A stretch of DNA of 64,000 nt from Ptychodera flava. Lineage: Eukaryota. Of the stretch, positions 1 to 13,037 are shown piece after piece. Numbering within the stretch: the stretch's first letter is position 1; every line of letters begins with the position of its first letter. The stretch lies in contig NC_091947.1 of NCBI RefSeq assembly GCF_041260155.1, forward strand, positions 31,834,780 to 31,898,779, given 5' to 3'. The notes beneath the pieces are model-generated. The model saw nothing but the letters and a program-made list of their open reading frames with translations. It was not told where the DNA came from and did not search any database. The position numbers and the translations under genes are program-made.

Positions 1-1827
1 ATAGCCTTCGCGCACTTTATAGATTATTAGAAATCACTAGTTGCAGTAGTTGGAAGCCGCAAGTCAGGGCAAATAAAGGAGAACGTTTTCTAACTTACAC
101 GCTATCTAAATGTAAATCGAACTAAATTTTATCGAAGTAATCAACAAAACCAATGTTACTTCACATATCGACTACTCAGAACGAAAACTAATCGATCAAT
201 TTCTTATTTAGGCATTCCCGTCTACACGAGTACACGCGACAACAATGACCACATGAACTTCAACTTGTAAATCAATGAAACGGCCCGGAATCCACACAGC
301 CTAAAAAAAATGCGTGACATCAGCGGGTTATGTCGGAAACGGCTTCAATTATAGCAGTTTCAGTAAACTGACGAACTGCAAAGACATCATGTTTACGGAG
401 ATACCCTTTGACAAATCGAAAGCACATTTCACAAGTGTTAAACTCGGGGTTGTACGGAGGCTGAAACACTAAAGTAACTTCACGCTCGCCCAACAGTTCC
501 CGTAGGTATGGCTCTGCGATCCGACCATGGTGGAATCCGCAATTATCCATGACAACTGTGTCGCCCGGAGATAAAATCTGATCATCTTGTTCGTCAACGA
601 CTTCCAGCGCCTCCTCAAAACAGTGGATCATTTCAAGGCCGTTCGAAGGGCCATCGAGAATATTAAAGTAATCGACGCCCCGTGCACAATGAAGGAGGTT
701 TAGCGTGTAGTTCACGTCCGACGTGTATCGCTGGACTTCAAATGCGGGTTGACCTCTCAGACTGTGTCCATACTGTCTGTTGCCCGATGTCTTTTTGACG
801 CCCGCTTCATCAAAAAAATGCACACTGAGGGGATCAAGTTGAGAAATGTCATCGATGTACTGCATTATTTTTCTGATGTTTCTTTCAGTCAACTGTTCAG
901 CCGGAACACTCTGTATTTTCTTGTAGGAATAATTTAAATCTCTGCCGAGGATGTCGTAAATCGTCCTGTGTGCAGGGAGGTTTTCTTCTGTGCAGACATT
1001 TTGATTGAGCAGTTCAGATCGAATTTCGGAAACAGTCAAATTTCAAATATTCCACGAAATTCACGACTTCGGGTACGCACTTTGATCGTAGGGCTCCGCG
1101 ATTCTTCGAAGGATGAACGAATCCAGTCTTAAGAAAGTGAGTTACTATGTCATGCACGGTTGTCTTCGGCATACATAGTTGATGCGCGATCTCTCGAACA
1201 CTTGTCCTTTGCACTCGTGTTTGATCGACAAGTCAATGATCTTCGACCGTTTGTCGATGTCGGTTATTTTTGACATATTTGAAAGTTCCTGGCAATGAGT
1301 GACGACCGACCGGTGAAAGTTTTGACTGCACTGAACTTGGCGATGTCTGTGTAAGCGGTAATTTTACGTCACGACTGTGTTTACGTTAAACCGGAAAGGG
1401 CACTCACAATTTCAATTTCGGGGTCTCACTGAGCAGAAACTTAGAAAATGGTGTAATTAATCACTCACTCTAGGCAACGACAATAAACGAAAATGATAAC
1501 TTTCTTTTTAAAATATCACAGTGTCCCATACAACTTTACCGATACAAGACGTCAAAATATGGGATCAAATGTAACAGGTTTGATGACCATATTCTGGACC
1601 GCACCTGTACAGGAAATGGTTTGATCCAGACACGTTTATTTATAGTCTGGATTCATGGGGCGCTTAGTGCGTCGGCAACGTAAACTCATGCCTGCATTCA
1701 AAGGCCTACAGCTACCGTTTAAAACGCTGAGCGATATCACTGTGTGGCCATCAACATTGCTGGGTATATTGCAAATTGGCTGTCCGGGGCGCAGTCACGG
1801 ACTCTGTAAGTGGGTCAGGGCTATTTT
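1..1827 (-). mobile_element. Tc1-family (DD34E) Tc1/mariner transposon, copy 1; its 5' ~0.5 kb lies before the window start
   Basis: It is collinear and ~99% identical to 50381-52200. The right terminus ...CGCAGTCACGGACTCTG ends at 1827 and is followed by TA. The transposase ORFs lie on the minus strand. Confidence 0.85.
320..1214 (-). pseudogene. Tc1-like transposase with paired-like HTH and DDE domains, frameshifted by a 14-bp deletion near 1030 relative to copy 2
   Basis: The track ORFs 320-1039 and 1014-1214 join into one protein once the deletion is restored. The catalytic motifs are FFDEAG ... VVMDNCGFHH ... QPPYNPEFN. I counted 88 aa between the first and second D and 34 aa between the second D and the E, which gives the DD34E Tc1 signature. 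Confidence 0.8.
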
Positions 1828-1829
1828 TG

Positions 1830-2330
1830 AGCTGGTGACTTATCTGCATTCGATCTTTGTAATTTTAAATCGCTCATTGCTATCATTGTTTAGGGAAAAG
1901 TTGCGAAAGGAAAACAACAAACAAACAAACTAATAACGAAAATGCCGTATTTCTCTAGGGTTTCAAGCGAAACGCTGAGAGAAGGCCAACTCTAGGGTTT
2001 GCTTTGTGTTTTTGAAGATGGCTACACGAACAACGACAACAACTTCATGTACACTATTATCGTAAAAATACAGAGAGGTCGGCCAGTTGCGAGCTCGGCC
2101 AGTTAGAGCTCGGCCAGCTGGAGAAGTTGGCCAATAGGCAGACTCAGCCAGTAGGAGTATGCAACCACTTAGAACGTAAGATCCGCCATGTATTTCTATT
2201 TTTTAAGGTCCGCTAAAGTTATAGTTTAAAAGCGATCTCGATGTCATGCATGAGCGTAATGCTTGTAAACTATCCTGTTCACGCGCATACACGTGTCCCC
2301 ACTACACGATGACACCAGGTCAGGGCCTAC
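1830..2330. repeat. Dispersed repeat family B; a second copy is at 42744-43930
   Basis: GTGGGTCAGGGCTATTTTTGAG...GTGACTTATCTGC... is shared with 42748 onward. It includes a tandem 12-mer array GAGCTCGGCCAGTT at about 2078-2160, which also occurs at 43030-43100. Confidence 0.6.
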
Positions 2331-3004
2331 TAATTTCTACCCGTCACTGCCCGGCGTTGCCCGTCAGAAATTAACCTTCAAATTACTGTAATCAATCGAT
2401 ATCTCAATACCAAAACAATTGCTATTTATAAATACAAACGAAATAATAGTCTCAGACCCGAAAAACGTTGATTTACGAACCAATAGCAACGGCAATCGTG
2501 TGATCGTACATTATTACCACTTACTGTCCGACCACTGCCCGTTACTGCAATGTTAATAAGGATCAAATAAGGATCTACGCCTACGCCTCTGAACATAAAT
2601 GGAATACCATTTTCACAAGGGATCGCATGCCGTCAAATCAACCAGTGAAGGGTTTGTAATGGTGCAGTCGTTATTTCGGAGGTACAAGTCGAATTAAATT
2701 AATCTGCCATCGTCCACGGCCAACTTTAATGGTTATAGAAGTTGTATTGTTATCCCATGATTGTTATCCCATGATTGTGAGTGTTCTCAATAACCCTACA
2801 GAAAATGTTATGTAACGTGAGCTATTGACCAGCAGTACATGCAGTAAGACATTGTATGGCTTCTCTTAAAACGAAAGTTTTAAATTTGACCTCTCTGCAC
2901 ACGCCATTGCATGATTTGAATCATGAAGGTAAATTACAAATGAAGCCCATATCTGCCACAAAAAAATACACTAAACCACAGGAGCGTGCAGCCTTGCCTG
3001 GATG

Positions 3005-3172
3005 TGTTGGATAGTCGATCGAAGGCCCGTGAGGCCTAAAGGCCGAACCTTAGTGCTAGTGTAACCACGGTCCCTTTTGTGGAGGTACCATCGTGTAACA
3101 ATTACCTAGGTTCGGCCTTCTGCCTCACACTTCGATCCCGGCCTGGGCCTTCGATCGACTATCCAAGCAACA
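3005..3172. repeat. Nested inverted repeat forming a MITE-like hairpin
   Basis: The outer inverted repeat is TGGATAGTCGATCGAAGGCC (3007-3035) and its reverse complement (3140-3170). The inner inverted repeat is GGCCGAACCT (3047) paired with AGGTTCGGCC (3107). Confidence 0.5.
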
Positions 3173-4678
3173 CTGCGCGCACCTGTGCACTAGACATGAT
3201 AGATAAGCTGAAGAATTGAAAATTCCCCGTTTTCCGTGGTTGGTTATTTCCTATCATGAATTCAGTGAATTTCAGCCAGGGTGAACCCACTAGTTGGTCT
3301 TTTACTACTTAAAATAACGTATAGCATACATGTACTAGCTGCGTTCTGAAATAAAACAAGAAACTCCAGTAAATATGCTGAACCAAAGTTTAAAAAAGTA
3401 TAAAATAGCTTGTCAAAGACATCAAACTATTTTCCTGGGTACTTTTGTGGAGGGACGTGCATGGAGGTAGTACCTCCATGCATGGATGTAAAAATAGATA
3501 CAACAGAGACATAACGTGAATAATAACGAACCATACAGTGATGACGTTTCTGTGCATGTAAAGAATTACTTCAAATTATGTAACTGAACAAACGCAAAGG
3601 CGACAATAATAACTTGACCGGCATTGTCTTGCAAATAGCGTCGGCGACGCGCTGTGGCCATAGCAACTGGCTATTCGTGACCGTACTTGAAACATGCCTC
3701 TTTGGATATTGTGGAAGGAGCATGATAATATCACTTATAGGCTTACTAGTACGAAAATATTTGTCTCTCCGAGCAAGACAACTTGGGACTCACGGAGAAT
3801 TCATCCGCTGTGATGCCTCTGTATAAAGTGTCTCGTCGCTAATACATATCAATTAAAATATGAAAAGTAAATTGTTGTACCTTTGCAATTACACTCGGAT
3901 ACAGAATTTATTAAAAATTAACATATAGCTTGGATAATGGTTTTATGGACCGAAAATCAAAAACAGTGTGACGAAAGGAGCCTTTGAAAGAGTGGCATTG
4001 TTGAAGAAAGGATAGATTAAATTCCTATTTCCTCTCAAAATTAGGATGCAAACCTTTGGTGATTTTACCAGGTTATTTTATCTTTACCTACTGTTTGCAG
4101 AAATGTTGAGTGAAACTACTCATAACTATGATGAGTTCGAAACCTGTTTAAGCTTGGACTCCTGCAATTTATTAAAATTATAATAACAGTTTTTCTGTTC
4201 TGGAACTTGAATGTTTGGGGCACATCCTTGATGAAGCCTCAATTATTAAATGTTAGGTAAGAGCTGACTGTAAACAACACAAACTGAGCTATGGTGAAAA
4301 TTACAATACAAAATGAATGAATGAAATGTTTTTGTTTTCTAGATACAAGACAGCGAAAATGCCATCAAATGTGTATTAATAATCGAAGATCCAACAATGA
4401 CCTCCTTCAACTTCTTCATTAGCCCATGGGATCGATATTTTCAACAGATATAGACTTGCTTCTTACTGGCAGACAAGGTCCACCCTTTATATAATGAAAC
4501 TTGGTACGTTCTTGTCAACTTGATCACAAATGTCGTCAGAACTGCTGATGTATCACGAAGCAAACTCTTGTGGTCAGATTTGTATATTGCCATTTTCATA
4601 GTGTAACAAAATGCACTAAGACGCGTTTACCTCAGATCAGATAGCGTTCAGTACACTAGATTCAGAATAAAAAGATAT

Positions 4679-4680
<2 letters not shown>

Positions 4681-4773
<93 letters not shown>

Positions 4774-4860
4774 CAGACAGACAAACAGAGCGAGACAGAG
4801 ACAGAGAGACAGAAACAGACACACAGACAGGGACATCGACAAAGAGCTTCGCGATCCAGA
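4681..4860. repeat. Compound microsatellite (GA)n followed by (CAGA)n
   Basis: There is a perfect (GA) run of about 35 units, then CAGA/GACA repeats. The overlapping track ORFs are poly-RE and poly-SL artefacts. Confidence 0.95.
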
Positions 4861-4924
4861 ATACCAAAAAGATCAAAAAGACAATGTTTCTCCCCTTCTC
4901 ACAGATGAAAAATAATACCTTCAA

Positions 4925-5575
4925 GAAATGGTTGGCATGTGTTTGATTCCCCCCGTTACAAACTGATATACGTGCTACTGAGTACATGAGTGACTAAATA
5001 TCCTACTTGCTAAACATGTGTGTTGAATTCCGGTATAAAATGCGCATGAACCAGTTTCAGTGTAGTATTGACTTTCAGAACATGATGTAGCAGCCTGTTG
5101 AAGTTTTGTAACGGAAATGACTAAAATGTTTGGTTTTAGTATAATAGAGGAAATCCGCCATGTCTCCTGTCGTTGCTCGTTACCAAACTTAATTAGAATA
5201 AAATCCCATTTATGATATACAAGGCTTAGAACCTTGCTGTGTTTATACATTACATGCAACATGTCAATTTTGTACAGCAATTTGGTTTGCTGAGCGGAGG
5301 CTCGATGAATTATCTGGTATCGAAAGTTGTACACGATATCAACCTAATAGTTTCTACTCTCTGAACTAAACGGAACTGAAAAGATCGAATCATTCGAAGA
5401 ATGGTCAACAACAAACTAGGAAATTGAGATTTTTTACTGTACGCCATGCATGCAAATCACGTGATGAGATTTTTCAATTTAGCTCCCGCAGTCATATGTA
5501 TAAACACGGGGGACCGTGGTATAAACAGCACTAATGACTTCTTTGATCTGTCCATGTTACTCTTCTGTCTGTCTC

Positions 5576-5606
<31 letters not shown>

Positions 5607-5690
5607 AAGCGCAGTCTTCCTGCATAACCATCTGTTCAACGTAAATACATTCCAGCATGGTCCATCTAGTTGTCTTTGATCAGATGCATG
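4925..5690. repeat. Dispersed repeat family C, including a (CTGT)n microsatellite at 5556-5612; a second copy is at 43921-44510
   Basis: Long collinear identity runs include ATACGTGCTACTGAGTACATGAGTGACT, CTTGCTGTGTTTA...ATGTCA.TTTTGTACAGCAA, ...CATATGTATAAACA... and (CTGT)n...GTTCAACGTAAATACATTCCAGCAT. Confidence 0.7.
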
Positions 5691-8600
5691 CCGGGTGAAA
5701 AATTCAGTTTGTCTGGTTCCGAAATTATGCAAATGAATGGCAAAGATTGAATACAATAAAATACTTGGCAACCGAGGGCCAGCTTGCTTTGCATTTAGTT
5801 TATTTGATATGTGGTGAAGAGGTAATGTAGATATGTTGCTTTTACCGTGAGATCTAAAAATTTCCACTTTCTGGGGTTTTTAAAAAGTTGTCTTCATGTA
5901 AGAAACTGCTCACCCAATGACGAAGTATTGTGTTTTGCGGGACATTTTTACCCTTTTGTCAAAAAACTTTCGTTTAAGTATCCTGGAATTCTCTTGGGTT
6001 ACAGTACTAACAACATTCTTCTTCTAGAATATTTTTTTTTTGTAATTTTAACATAAAACTGTCCTTTGAGACTGCCCATTTAAAGACCTAAGTTTGTACC
6101 AGATTGTCTCATCAGAAAATTTACCCATCATATTACAATTTCAATGTAAAACAAAAAGCAATCACTCCGCCATTATCCTCTTACAGACCATAACAAAGGC
6201 GATCCCAGGGATCGCGAACAGTGCCTTTCTTTTCATGTTTGATGTTTACATCTATCACGGATTATAACACGCCACACGCTCATTCCGTGTTGCGATTCGC
6301 CAGAATACGTCACGTGACGGGAAAACAGACACGTCTAGTCCCTACAGAATCGACAGAAGTGATTGACTGACTGATTGTTACGGTGCATAATATCAAAACA
6401 CATAAAAAATCATAACTGAGCGTTTGGCGTGTTATGAAACACCTATAACCTCGTTATAGCGCCTTTTTATTGCCCTTCGTTGCCATGTGTTACCAGACAC
6501 AAATCGCAATACTCTTCGCCCTACGGCCTCTTGGAATAGCGATGTGTTTCTGGTAACACACAGACCCTAGGGGTAATGCACGGGCGCTATAGCCCTCATG
6601 ACCAAGTAATGGGTGTTTATTATCATATGCATCTTTGCTCGACAGGTCGGAATAGTGCCAATACTACTTTATCTTTTATTTTCTCAATCAACTTAGGCCT
6701 ATATTTTATCATTCAGTAACTTTTAAGATGTGGTTTATCAGATATTGCCAGCAATGAGCACTGGTGTTTTAAAATGCCATCAATAATATATGGGCACGTT
6801 GCTGTGATTTAGCTGTTGACTTACATCGGCATTAACCAGTCTAAGAATAGTTGGCAGGTACAGGAGTAAAATGGCTGGACAAGAATTATTGTGATCAATT
6901 GATTTAGTAAGTGCTCGTTCAAGAACCTTGATTGAGTCCATTTAATACTGAAACGTCCAATTCAAGGATAAGGTCAAAAACATCTGTAACAAAACATGCA
7001 GTACATGCACATACAAATTGTGATAATATATATTTGAGCACCCTGTCATTGACACAATTCTTAGTTCCACAGGCGGTACAGGGAACCAGTCTTTTGGGTC
7101 TGGCCAATGCATCGGAATTTAACAGTATTTAAAATTGAAAATTTATGCGTGACAGTCTGGGTCTGAATGTGTGTGTTGGAAGTTTGCTGTGTCAAAGTTC
7201 GTCTTTGAGTCGACAGGTCTAATTGTTTAAAACAGTGGATAGCTCATGGTGCGACTATTAGGGGTCTACTACCTTACTACCTTGCTAGGTCATGTTGTCA
7301 TGTCGTACCGTACAAAGTACGTGGTTTTAACCTTTGAAATACAAAATATAAAACAAAGTGTGGTGATTGGTTTTTCCTATCTTTAGACGCGCCGTAACCC
7401 GTAAAAAGTTAAACAAATCTAACATATAATCATACATTCTTCTGCTGCATTGACACTTTATTTAGGACAAACAAACACACATGTACACACCCTGTGCATT
7501 GAAAAGACTGTTACAGCACAGTTTGCTAATAATAAAGGTCACGTAACCCATCTGATTATTAAACGTAAATACTTTTCCCGATAAAAATTTCACTTTCCTT
7601 TTCGAATATTCGAAGAATTTTGTCAATTTCGTCTTTATGTTTGTAGCCCCCATAGCTCGGCGTTAAATAATAAGTTGCAAACAAGTTTGCATGAAATTGA
7701 ATGGCTACAAAAGGCCACAAAAATACCCTACTTATGTAATGCTTAATTCGCACCGTTGTTTCCTCTGTAGGGGACCTGTTTTTATTTGAGGTATGTTTTT
7801 ATGTGTATATTTTGCTAATTATTGGCCCATCATGATATTTTTAATCAGGTCAAAGATCCCAACAAAACGTACGGACAAGAATAAGAAAAAAACCCCAGAT
7901 TTTTATAGGTTATTCAAATTTCCCGTCACGTAATCCCTATGTAAACAATGATTAAAAAATACTAGTCAAAACATCTAATATTATCTACGTTTTCTGAAAA
8001 TTTATGCTTTAATGGGGTTACTAGCTCAGTTGTTTGCAGTTTGAAGGGTTCAAAACTTGTCCCGGAACCATAAGCAAATTTCTACACAGTAGGTTATCTG
8101 CAGTGTCAGTCATGACTAAGGCATCGTCCGCTCGCACAGGTCCGTTACTTCGACTACAGTCTGACACACTACTCTGATTTCGGGGAGCATCCAGCTGCCT
8201 GGACAAGAGGCTTTGGCAAGCGAAGATGTAACTAAGGGGGCTGCTCAGATTATTGACAAATGTATGGGCTGGTGAAGTACTACGCCTTGCCATGAAAACA
8301 CGAAAAAAATTATTCTCTTTCGCTATTTGGGGAAGAATCATTTGATGTCATTCCAGTTCCTGAGTTTGTTTAACTACAGTCACGGAACTCAAATTCACTC
8401 TGTTTGCAGCCATGGATATTAATACATCAGGCACTTTGCTATGCCTTGAGCGAGACAAATCTCTATATTATTTATATTTATTTAAAGATGTGTGTTATAT
8501 TCGAGTGCAAAGTAAATCCAATAACAAGGAGATTGATATGGGTCTAGATTCGCTTTTGGTTCGATAAAAACTACATTTTCATCATTCGAAAGTGATATGT

Positions 8601-9423
8601 GATATGTACAATAACCATTTAACATAATGAGGGGAAACACGGCAATATCCTGAACATCGGAGTCACGACTGTGCTGCTATATATAGTTCAAACGAGGATA
8701 TGCCTTTGTACTCGACGGAGAAGGTGGACTTGTCATACCTGTGTTAGATTTGATGCGTTCATATTTTGGTACTCATTCCTGCACTTGAGTGCACGAATGG
8801 CTTTTGTGGAACGCCTACCAACTTTGAAGAATTAAGAATTTTATCCTTGATCACTGGCCATTTAGCGTACACTGGATAATCCATGAAACCGTGTACGAGC
8901 ATTACAATTACATCAACGTCTCAGTTAGTTAGGCCAAGCTCCGATATCACCTTCAGATACTGTGCGATAAAATTTGGCAAACTTTTCGTGAAGTAAGTTC
9001 CTCCATCTAGGTAAACCTATTAAACCTATGTATGACGCCATGGCCATATATGGCAAGGTATGTGGCTCGAATGATCTGAAGCGACCTATACGACAAGGTA
9101 CGCTGCTGTGTAAACCATGGCTGATTTCTCAGACGCCTCTTCAGGGGTGATCCTCTAGGGCAGCATGCTCCTTTAGCTGTAGGCATTTGCAGTGACGGTT
9201 AGAAAGAGGGAGTTTTTTTCGTATTCCAAGATTTTACTGTGTTTTTATTTGTTCGAATGTGCAGAGTATACATGTTCATCCTTGCGTGACTCCACATTTT
9301 GTTTTGTTTTGAGTCATATCAATATTTTGGATAACCAGGATTTTTTTCCAAATATTGGCAAAGTCTACCAAGATCTAATCGTCAACCCGTAAAAGACTCA
9401 GCAACAATATTTCAAATACCCTT

Positions 9424-9600
9424 GCAGATAACTAATGGTCCTGAGGGAGCGTTCAGTTATTATGGCCGGGGTGGGCCGATGAATTCTTCCCGTCCATCGG
9501 TCAAAATAAGTGAACCCCCTAACCGGTACCATTGCACCAAAAATTTGATAACCCCCGTTTAAGATGACAAAAATGGAGGGGAGGTTATTTTGAAGTTTAT
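9424..9600. repeat. Solo or truncated TIR of the MITE family seen at 40886-42658
   Basis: AGGGAGCGTTCAGTTATTATGGCCGGGGTGGGCCG at 9435-9470 is the inverted copy of 42617-42658. It is followed by C-run subterminal motifs (GAACCCCC, AACCCCCG) and is cut off by the LINE at about 9596. Confidence 0.55.
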
Positions 9601-10990
9601 GGAGTTGTAAAGTTTTCGAAAAGTGAAGTTTCTAGACGAAGGAATGCCTGTTGGTTTAATGCTGTTCGTGACAAATTCAAGGCAGCCAAAAAAGAGCGTC
9701 GCCGAGCAGAGAGACAGTGGCTGAAAACTGGACTTACAATCCACAAACAAATGTATAACCATACGAAGAGAGCTGTCACAAAACTTGTTTACTCAGCAAA
9801 AAACACTTATTTTTTTAATAAAGTTAGTGAGAGTCGTACATCGATGCAACTGTTCGGCATCACACATACATCACTTGGATCCAAAAAGGCCTCCCCTACA
9901 CCAACAATATTCCCTGCAGTAGAACTTCCACAGCGTTTTCTCGACTTTTTTTCAAGAAAAGGTAGACATCATCAGAGCCAGTCTTGATTGTCAAATATCT
10001 CTCAGCCTTTGAGCTCAGAAAGTTGCTTTCGAGGTATGCCTCTCTTGTAACTTTAGTCTTGTAAATGATGATATTGTAAAGTATGTCATTTTAAGTTCCA
10101 CTGCAAAGACATGCGACCTAGACGCAATGCCGACCGATTTGTTGATAGAATGCCTGACACACCGTGTTACCACACATCACATCAATCACTCCCTTGCATC
10201 GGGCACATTTCCTACTAGTTTCAAAACTGCTCTTGTTAAACCACTACTGAAGAAACAATCTCTTGACCAAATCAACTAAAAAACTACCGACCTGTCTCAA
10301 ACCTTTCCTTTTTGTCTAAAATACTTGAACGAATTATTCTATCACAATTAAGTGTTCATCTTACTTCCCACAACCTTTTGAACCCTCTTCAGTCTGCATA
10401 AAAACCACACCACAGTACTGAAACTGCTCTATTGAAAATAGTCAATGACATTCTGACCTCCTTGGAGTCTGGCAAAATTACCATCACTCTCTTAGATCTA
10501 CCTGCTGCATTCGATACTGTCGATCATGGCATCCTCCTCCACCGTCTTGAACATACTTTTGGCATCCCGGAACTGCTCTATCCTGGTTTCAATCTTACCT
10601 CTCAGGCAGAACTTAAACTGGGTACAGGACCGCAGTAACTCTTTGAGCTTCTACATCAATACACATCCTCAGATTCTCGACTTCCCAGTATTCCAAGAGT
10701 TTTCACAAAGACTTTTGGCGAGAGATCTTTCTCTTACATTGGCCCTGCATTATGGAACAAACTTCCTTCTGACCTTCGCCACTCCAGCTCTACCCTTTCT
10801 TTCCGCCGTTCCCTCAAGACTTTTCTCTTTAAACAGTAGTTTAACCTTTTTCGTTTGCCTAGTCTCCAGTCCCGGTGATTCAACATTTCCTCTGATATAT
10901 TGTATTTTGTCATTATTGCGCCTAGAGCTCTGTTCAGAGATTAGGCGCATTACAAATGTACTCAATTATTATTATTATTGTACTTGGGCC
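9596..10990 (+). mobile_element. Non-LTR (LINE) retrotransposon fragment covering the ORF2 reverse-transcriptase region, 3' end and (ATT)n tail; frameshifted and internally deleted
   Basis: The translation reads ...KFKAAKKERRRAERQWLKTGLTIHKQMY...LFGITHTSLGSKK..., then ...ITLLDLPAAFDTVDHGILLHRLEHTFGI... with the RT motif A FDTVDH, and ends ...GPALWNKLPSDLRHSS.LSFRRSLKTFLFKQ followed by an ATTATTATTATT tail at 10964-10980. Several frameshifts are present. Confidence 0.75.
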
Positions 10991-12407
10991 TCAGCCCAAG
11001 TACATTTGTTTTCATTCCGTGGAAAAAACTCTGTAAGGTATAACCATTTCTGGCTGAGACCAGGAGGGCAAAATGTCTTGGCTTCATCTTTCTTGGCATA
11101 ATAAATGGCGTAATGATGTTAACTGAATGGAAGTGCTGCTCTCAGCCAGTCTTGAATAAGTGAGATGTGAATATTAATGCTTCTCTATCTGAGTTTTTGC
11201 CACAAAATCTTCTGAATATAATCAAATGTGCATCGAAATGCAACAATTAATGCACCCTCCGTTCTAGTTTCCTAGGCGATGGCACGACCCTTGCTACACC
11301 CACTGGACGAGCCAAAGTGGGAGGGTAATTTCAGTTTGGTCGAACAAGAGGGCTCGAGACCAGAATTTAACATTTAAACTTGAAACATGTTTAATCGCTG
11401 ACAAGATGTGGACTAGTGTTAATCAAAGTAAAAGTGTGATAAGGAAAGGTTTTATATCCCGGACACAATGAAAAACATTACGACTGGAAACTGCACCCCC
11501 AGTTGAGAATAGTAATGCCCACAGCGATTGAGAACACTTATCCTTGAGCTGAGAAAACCAGACCATCATTTCGAAATAGAGCTGCAGATTCGAGAAGCTC
11601 GTTCAAAATAGCTAGGTACACCCAATAATAAAAGGGTGGTTTCGAGTTTTGAGGGCAAATTTCGCCTCCTTCATATAGAAATCGTATGTTTGTTTTTCCA
11701 GGAGAACACACCATTTGACACAAAATTTGCATGTAAAGAGGTCGCCAGTAAGCACGTGGTCAAATCTGGCATAAGAAACAATATGAAATGTTGGGTAAAG
11801 CCAGTCCAAAATAAACTGATTTGAACTTTTGTGTTTTGTAATTTATACCACTGCAGTAACATTACCTTTTTTTGTTAACATCACACAATGTAATACGTTT
11901 TGAAACTGAATACTCCGACGTATTCTGTGTCTCCTTTGCTAAAAAATACGGTATGCCGATTACCATGTAAGGAGATGATGACGTCAAGACAGATTTGTAG
12001 TGCGTTTGGTCCTGGATGGTGCACGAAGTTTTGTCAGGTAGCTTGTGTATTTATTTCCTAAATGGAAGAGATTAGGGTCGATCTAAACGAAGGCCGAAGA
12101 ATGTTATGATACTCTAAGCGAGCTGAACTCTAACGCGAATGGTTGGATAATTTGGAGGATGTCTAGAATGATCTCGTCTCATTAAGATTATTTGGCGGTC
12201 AGTATTGAATTTCAACTGCGTCACAAGTTTGCGAAATGAGTATTCCGTCGAACGGTCAACGAACGATATTTTAGAAATCTGGAGACATGGCACATCGCAT
12301 TTTTATTTTAGTATTTTATATTTTACGAAAGATTTAAGAAGCAATGATTTTGTCGAAAATTCTGAAAAAATATAGGAAGATTTGATCGCGAATACATTTT
12401 CACTTCG

Positions 12408-12725
12408 GGTCAACTAGCCCTGCGTACGATGCTGTGTGTTCCGCTACAGCTAATCGCCCCGCTCACCACAGCCCTGCAAAGACCCGTACGTAGGGTCGGT
12501 AACTTGAAATCCATTTTGGGACTTGACGTAAAAGCCAAATTACTGCCGAAATTCAGCTTTCTTGGGCCAAGTCGTATCCCAGCCTACCTCAGCTACTCGA
12601 TCGCTTCCAAAAATGACAGTCTTTTATTCACTTCTCGTAAATAACCGTCGATGTCGGCAACTCTCTCGCTAGCCCTGCGTACGATGCTGTGTGTTAGCTG
12701 TAGCACATCGTACGCAGGGCTAGGG
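12408..12725. repeat. Direct repeats plus a perfect 16-bp-arm palindrome immediately upstream of a MITE
   Basis: CTAGCCCTGCGTACGATGCTGTGTGTT occurs at 12413 and again at 12669. The second copy runs into the palindrome AGCCCTGCGTACGATG-(20 nt)-CATCGTACGCAGGGCT at 12671-12722. Confidence 0.5.
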
Positions 12726-12763
12726 GTCAACATGGGGTCGCAGCCATGTTGCCTCAAAACTTA

Positions 12764-12947
12764 GGGACTGGTCAGTTTCTTCGGCCTGGGGGGGGGGGCG
12801 GTGGATTATTTTTTGCCGACGTCAAAAAGTGGATGACCCCCCTATTCCAAATTTGAAAACAGGGTGACCCCCCCCCCCCCTATTCCAAATTTCTAAAACA
12901 GGGTGACCCCCCCCCCCGGCGCGACAAAGGTAAAACAAAAGATGGAC

Positions 12948-13037
<90 letters not shown>

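Noticed and set aside
1655-1933. A 92-aa ORF at the Tc1 right end
   Set aside because: It spans the TIR, the TA junction and repeat B, so it is a chance ORF.
3047-3172. A possible tRNA or tRNA-derived SINE head (TTCGATCCCGG-like T-arm)
   Set aside because: No cloverleaf could be drawn and no acceptor stem with an anticodon arm is present. It is better explained as a nested inverted repeat.
4637-4987. Track ORFs with poly-RE, poly-SL and poly-LS repeats
   Set aside because: They are translations of the (GA)n and (CAGA)n microsatellites.
10526-11101. A 191-aa plus-strand ORF
   Set aside because: It runs through the decayed LINE 3' region in a shifted frame. The genuine reverse-transcriptase and C-terminal motifs are in other frames, so this is a relic and not a gene.
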